From Vulcanimicrobiota bacterium (GTDB taxonomy: Bacteria > Vulcanimicrobiota > Vulcanimicrobiia > Vulcanimicrobiales > Vulcanimicrobiaceae): DNA of 64,000 bases. The DNA lies in contig OY970223.1 of assembly GCA_963714015.1 (NCBI GenBank), positions 3,040,001 through 3,104,000 of the forward strand, given 5' to 3'. This document shows, piece after piece, positions 59,305 through 64,000 of this stretch (positions are counted from its first letter, which is position 1; every line of letters begins with the position of its first letter). Both the position numbers and the translations under genes were made by a program. The notes under the pieces are model-generated. The model was not told the DNA's origin. It saw only the letters and a list, made by a program, of their open reading frames with translations, and ran no database searches.

Positions 59305-61101
59305 ATGACGACGAGAGATATTCCAATCAGCGGCGGCGAGGCGGATCGTTCGCAGCTCGTCGAGATGGCATGGGACCCGATAACCAGGATCGTCGGAAGC
59401 CTCGGCATCTATACTAAGATCGACTTCAAACAGAAACGCGTCGCCGAATGTCACAGCACCTCATCGATCTTTCGCGGCTACAGCGTTTTCATGCGCGGCA
59501 AAGATCCGCGCGACGCGCATTTCATAACGAGCCGCATCTGCGGAATCTGCGGTGATAATCACGCCGCATGCTCCGTCTACGCCCAGAACATGGCTTACGG
59601 CATCGAGAACCCGCCGATGGGCGAGGTGATCATGAATCTCGGCGAGGCGGCCGAGTACATGTTCGACCACAACATTTTCCAAGAGAACCTCGTCGCCGTC
59701 GACTTCTGCGAACGTATGATGCGGGAAACCAATCCGAGCGTGTGGGAGAAGGCGAAACAGACGCCTGCGCCGCATGCGGGGGATCACGGATACCGCACGA
59801 TCGCCGACATTATGAGCGCGTGCAATCCGTTCGAGGGCGAGATCACGCGCCGAGGCCTGGAACTGAGCCGCCTCACGCGCGAGATGTTCTGCCTGATGGA
59901 AGGCCGGCACGTTCACCCTTCCACGCTTTATCCCGGCGGCGTGGGAACGGTCGCCACCATGCAGCTCTTCACCGATTACCTTTCGCGCCTGGTCAAATAC
60001 ATCGAGTGGATGAAGGTCTGCGTCCCGCTGCACGACGACCTTTTCGATTTCTTCTACGACGCGATTCCGGGATACGAACACGTCGGCGAGCGCCGCGTGC
60101 TCCTCGGCTGCTGGGGATCGCTTTATCACGAAGGCGAGGCCGACTTCAAATACAAGAACATGAACCGGTGGGGCAAATCGATGTACGTCACGCCGGGCAT
60201 CGTGGTCGACGGAAAACTCGTCACGAACGAGCTCGTCGACATCAATCTGGGTCTGCGGATCCTGCTGGGCTCATCATATTACGCAGACTGGGAGCAGCAA
60301 GGCAAACTCGTCGACAAAGATCCGCTCGGTAACCCGGTCGATATCCGGCATCCCTGGAACGCGCGACAAATTCCCGAGCCGCAGAAGCGCGACTTCGGCG
60401 GCCGTTACAGCTGGGTCATGTCGCCGCGCTGGTTCGACGGACAGAACTATCTCGCGCTCGATACGGGCGGCGGTCCGCTCGCGCGCCTCTGGTCAACCGC
60501 GCTTTCCGGCCTTGTCGACACCCCGTACGTCAAGGCTTCGCACAATACGGTAAAGATAACGCTGCCCAAGACGTCCCTCAAGCCGGAAGTAACCTTCGAG
60601 TGGAAGATTCCGCGGTGGAGCAACGCGATCGAACGCGACCGCGCGCGAACGTACTTCCAAGCGTACTCCGCGGCGTTGGCGATGCATTTCGTCGAGCTGG
60701 GCATCGCGTTCGTGGGCAAAGGGGAGACGAAAACGTGGAACGACTTCAAAGTACCGCGCGAAGCGATTAGCGTCGGATTTACCGAAGCAGTGCGCGGAGT
60801 GCTTTCACATCATATGGTAATCCGGGACGGAAAGATCGAAAATTATCAGCCGTGGCCGCCGACGCCGTGGAATGGAAGCCCGCGCGATTCATACGGTACG
60901 CCCGGTCCCTACGAAGACGCAGTGCAGAATACGCCTATCTTTGAAGAAAACGGACCCGATTCATTCAAGGGCATCGACATCATGCGCGCGGTGCGCAGCT
61001 TCGATCCGTGTCTGCCGTGCGGCGTGCACATGTACGTCGGCGGAGGGAAGACCGTGGAACGCATTCATACGCCGTTCGGCATCCCGGAACCGCCGGCTTG
61101 A
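59305..61101 (+). CDS. hhyL: Group 1h [NiFe]-hydrogenase large subunit
   Basis: WDPITRIVG, L1 TSRICGICGDNH, L2 SFDPCLPCGVH plus a cleavable C-terminal tail. Confidence 0.95.
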   Translation: MTTRDIPISGGEADRSQLVEMAWDPITRIVGSLGIYTKIDFKQKRVAECHSTSSIFRGYSVFMRGKDPRDAHFITSRICGICGDNHAACSVYAQNMAYGIENPPMGEVIMNLGEAAEYMFDHNIFQENLVAVDFCERMMRETNPSVWEKAKQTPAPHAGDHGYRTIADIMSACNPFEGEITRRGLELSRLTREMFCLMEGRHVHPSTLYPGGVGTVATMQLFTDYLSRLVKYIEWMKVCVPLHDDLFDFFYDAIPGYEHVGERRVLLGCWGSLYHEGEADFKYKNMNRWGKSMYVTPGIVVDGKLVTNELVDINLGLRILLGSSYYADWEQQGKLVDKDPLGNPVDIRHPWNARQIPEPQKRDFGGRYSWVMSPRWFDGQNYLALDTGGGPLARLWSTALSGLVDTPYVKASHNTVKITLPKTSLKPEVTFEWKIPRWSNAIERDRARTYFQAYSAALAMHFVELGIAFVGKGETKTWNDFKVPREAISVGFTEAVRGVLSHHMVIRDGKIENYQPWPPTPWNGSPRDSYGTPGPYEDAVQNTPIFEENGPDSFKGIDIMRAVRSFDPCLPCGVHMYVGGGKTVERIHTPFGIPEPPA

Positions 61102-61586
61102 GCCGCGACGTTCTGGACGCCGGCAGCCGGCGCGTGGAGACGATCCTCGAGCGGTTTAGCGCATTTCCGGCCGATACCGGCGCGCGCGCCGACGCCGAAG
61201 AATTGATCCGCATCGTCTCGTCGCTCCACGGCCAATGTCTGCGCGCTCTCGTGCAAGCGATGCGCGAAGAACTCGGCGATCGCGCGAACGAGACCCTGGA
61301 GCGCAGCTGCGCCGATCCGCTCGTCGCAAGCTTGCTCGTCACGCACGGCCTGCATCCGCTTTCCATCGAAGAGCGCGTGCGCCGCGCGATCGAAATCGTA
61401 CGTCCGGAGCTGCAGACGAATCACGCGGACGCGCGACTTGAAAGCGTCACCGAAGACGTCGTAACGCTCCGCGTCGATGGGGACGCGAACGTCGTTCCGC
61501 TTCTCGAAGGAGCCGTCTACGCAGCCGCCCCCGAGGTGTTGGACGTACGCTGCACCGGTCAAACGATCTCGCTTCTGAGCGTATGA
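61098..61586 (+). CDS. NifU-like hydrogenase accessory protein
   Basis: DPLVASLL..HGLHP...EERV..A...VRP; TTG start overlaps the hhyL stop. Confidence 0.75.
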   Translation: MSRDVLDAGSRRVETILERFSAFPADTGARADAEELIRIVSSLHGQCLRALVQAMREELGDRANETLERSCADPLVASLLVTHGLHPLSIEERVRRAIEIVRPELQTNHADARLESVTEDVVTLRVDGDANVVPLLEGAVYAAAPEVLDVRCTGQTISLLSV

Positions 61587-62186
61587 TGGGGTTCTCGCTT
61601 ACACGGCTCCTACGCGAACCCGCTCCGCAGATACGCTTGCAGTGTGAGATGTGCGCCCTGCCGATCGCCGAAGGGCACGGTCATGTCGTCGACACGTCCG
61701 ATCGGCGGCTGCTATGCACGTGCTACGCGTGCAGCCTTGCTGTTCGTCGGGTCCGGCACTGCGCGCGGACGGTTCAAAGGCGTTCCGAAACGCTACGCCG
61801 CGATTCCGGCGCCGTTATTCAGCGAGGCGCAATGGGAGGCGCTGGGCATTCCAATCGGGCTGGCGTTTTTCTTTGAGAACGGTCAAAGCGGCCATGTCGC
61901 GGCCTTCTACCCCGGTCCCGCCGGTTCTACCGAATCGCAACTGCCGCTCGATGCGTGGACCGAGCTGCGCGAGCGCGAACCGCTGATCGCGCAGATGGAG
62001 CACGACGTCGAAGCGGTGCTCGTTTACCGCCCGCGCGGCGGGCCGGCGCAGTCATACCTGGTGCCGATCGACGCATGCTACGAGCTCGCCGGAATCGTCC
62101 GATCGAAATGGACGGGGATCCACGGCGGCGACGAGCTCCATCAGGCGATCGAACAGTTTTTCGCGCGGATTGCGGAGCGAACCTAA
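61583..62186 (+). CDS. DUF5947-like hydrogenase accessory protein (frameshift near 61740)
   Basis: CEMC...H.H...LLCTCYAC, IPIGLAFF, YPGPAG.TES.L, PIDACYEL.G. Confidence 0.8.
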
Positions 62187-62809
62187 TGAGCGAGCCGCAG
62201 TTCGAAGTTACCGGCGCGCGAGCGCGTGCGCATGCGGCATTACCCGGGATTGCGTTCCAACTCGGCGTGAGCGCCGCGGAACCGGTTGAAGCGATGATCT
62301 TGCGCGTTCAAGTCCGCATCGAACCGCAGTGGCGCAGCTATACCACGGAAGAAAAACCGCTGCTCAACGATCTTTTCGGCACGCCGGACCGCTGGGAGAC
62401 GACGCTCCGGCCGCTTTCATGGGCCGACGTTCCCCTCGCCGTAACCGCATTCGAACGCGAAACGTCGGTTGAACTAACAGTGCACTGCACCTACGATTTC
62501 GACGTAACTGCGACGCGTTACATGAACGCCTTGAATGATGACGAGATTCCCTTGCGGTTCTTGTTCAGCGGCGCCGTATTCCGCCATGGCAGCCGGGGAC
62601 TCTCGACCGTGCGCGTGCCGTGGAGCAGCGAGTGCGCGTATCGGATGAAGCTGCACGTATGGCGCGATGCGATGCGCGCTTTCTACGGCGACGACGCGCT
62701 CATCAAGGTGAGCCGTGAAACGCTCGATCGGCTTCAGCGCTATCGCGCTCTAACTGGCGCGACCAGCTGGGACACGTTTTTCGAACGCGTCCTGGGCGCC
62801 CCGACATGA
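62186..62809 (+). CDS. DUF6084-like hydrogenase accessory protein
   Basis: Q.RIEP..R.Y, DLFG.P.RW..T, CTYDF.V, FLFSG, VPW..E. Confidence 0.8.
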   Translation: MSEPQFEVTGARARAHAALPGIAFQLGVSAAEPVEAMILRVQVRIEPQWRSYTTEEKPLLNDLFGTPDRWETTLRPLSWADVPLAVTAFERETSVELTVHCTYDFDVTATRYMNALNDDEIPLRFLFSGAVFRHGSRGLSTVRVPWSSECAYRMKLHVWRDAMRAFYGDDALIKVSRETLDRLQRYRALTGATSWDTFFERVLGAPT

Positions 62810-63906
62810 TCGATCGCGCGCGCGCCGTTGCAGACGCGGTCCTCTACGAAGGCTTTCTTCTCTTTCCGTACGCCAAGAGCGCGCTGAAAAACCACATGCC
62901 GTTTCAGTTCGGCGTGCTGATGCCGCAAGGCTATGCGGACCCGAGCGAACCGCCGCAAGGGCACTGCGAAGCTGTGCTCTGCGACGTGCGTGACGGCGCC
63001 CGAATCGACGGAGTTCTTCGCTTCCTGCAAGCCGATCCGGATCCCGAAGAGCGCGAAGTGCCGTTCGAATTCCGGGTCGACGGCGAGAGCTCGCCCGTTG
63101 CATTCACAATGGGCCGTCTGCGCGGCGAGATTTCTCTGTCCGTAACCGCAGAAGGCTCGCTGTTCCGCCTTGCCGTCGACGTGCGCAACCTCACGCCCGC
63201 ATCGGCGCCGGCGTCGCGGAACGCCGCGCTTCCGGGCGCCCTCATAAGCGTCAATCTGTTGCTTCAGGCGCAGGGGGCGCGATTTGTTTCGATGCTCGAT
63301 CCGCCGGCGCAGGCGAAGGACGCTGCGTTGCGCTCTCGTAACGACCGGTTTTTCCCGGTGCTTGCGGGCGCCGAAGACGGCGACGTGCATACCTCGGATG
63401 TTTTGCTGATATCGCCCATCATTTTGTACGACTTTCCACGCATTGCCCCCCACAGCCAAACGCGAACCTTCGACGGCACCGAAGTCGACGAGCTGCTGAT
63501 GCTCAGCGTCGCATCTCTCACGGACGAAGAGAAACGCGAAGCGCGCTCCGCACACCCGTTCGTTCGCGAGCTGGTGGAACGGGCCGAAGCGCTCGATGCC
63601 GATACGCAGCAGCTCCTGCACGGCGAACTCACCGGCGGAAGCGGCAAACCGGGGGACGAGCGCGTTATCGTTTCCGGAACGACCATCGGCCCGGGCTCGC
63701 ACGTGCGGGTTCACCCCAAGCGGCGTGCCGACGTATGGGACGACATCGTTCGCGGCATGAGCGCACGTGTAAAGGCCGTGCACACCGACTTCGACGGCAA
63801 CCGCTACGTCGGTGTCGTGTTCGATGCGGATCCTGCAAGCGGCGAGCACGAATGGTACGGCCGCTCGTTTTTCTATGGCGCTGACGAAATCGAGCCGATC
63901 GCATGA
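62806..63906 (+). CDS. Conserved hydrogenase-cluster protein
   Basis: VADAVLYEG..L.PY..SA.KN, SPIILYD.P.IAP.S, FDGTE.DE.L.L....LTDEEKREAR. Confidence 0.8.
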   Translation: MIDRARAVADAVLYEGFLLFPYAKSALKNHMPFQFGVLMPQGYADPSEPPQGHCEAVLCDVRDGARIDGVLRFLQADPDPEEREVPFEFRVDGESSPVAFTMGRLRGEISLSVTAEGSLFRLAVDVRNLTPASAPASRNAALPGALISVNLLLQAQGARFVSMLDPPAQAKDAALRSRNDRFFPVLAGAEDGDVHTSDVLLISPIILYDFPRIAPHSQTRTFDGTEVDELLMLSVASLTDEEKREARSAHPFVRELVERAEALDADTQQLLHGELTGGSGKPGDERVIVSGTTIGPGSHVRVHPKRRADVWDDIVRGMSARVKAVHTDFDGNRYVGVVFDADPASGEHEWYGRSFFYGADEIEPIA

Positions 63907-64000
63907 CGACGCTCGTCGCCGGCTTTGGGAACATCTTCTTCTCCGACGATGGTTTCGGACCGGCGGTCATTCGCGCGCTGAAGCCGGACGAGTTTCCCTC
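63903..64000 (+). CDS. Hydrogenase maturation protease (partial, runs off the window)
   Basis: MTTLVAGFGNIFFSDDGFG (GN...DDG.G motif). Confidence 0.85.
   Translation, partial: MTTLVAGFGNIFFSDDGFGPAVIRALKPDEFP

Overview
GC-rich bacterial chromosome segment. The gene style is reminiscent of soil Eremiobacterota/Vulcanimicrobiota, but this taxonomic guess is unverified. Core genes include holA, mtnA, riboflavin genes (ribD-ribE, and ribBA-glyoxalase-ribH with an unusual XRE-HTH fused to RibBA), dapB-asd-aspartokinase-dapA, pcrA, sugar-nucleotide and glycosyltransferase genes, two M61 peptidases, tRNA-Gln and tRNA-Glu, and a group 1h (high-affinity) [NiFe]-hydrogenase cluster that runs off the right edge. 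The main find lies at 8631-17930, directly at the ribBA promoter. It is a head-to-tail array of at least four cargo-carrying transposon units, each separated by the identical 8-mer ACAACTGT (8631, 10708, 15243, 17853) and bounded by related CAAG..TAC(C/T)T terminal inverted repeats. The units encode two unrelated transposases (IS1595-type and SWIM+DDE IS4/IS5-like), inverted transposase remnants, an unannotated 48-aa zinc-ribbon gene and captured host-like DNA. A second accessory region is a decayed island at tRNA-Glu (48175-53277), with a 20-bp att duplication, an integrase remnant, a DUF2971-like gene and a TPR/PIN gene. Single-base frameshifts also occur in core genes (ribH, pcrA, comF, hypA), which suggests sequencing or assembly indels, so all pseudogene calls are provisional. 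All family assignments come from motif recognition by eye, not from database searches.
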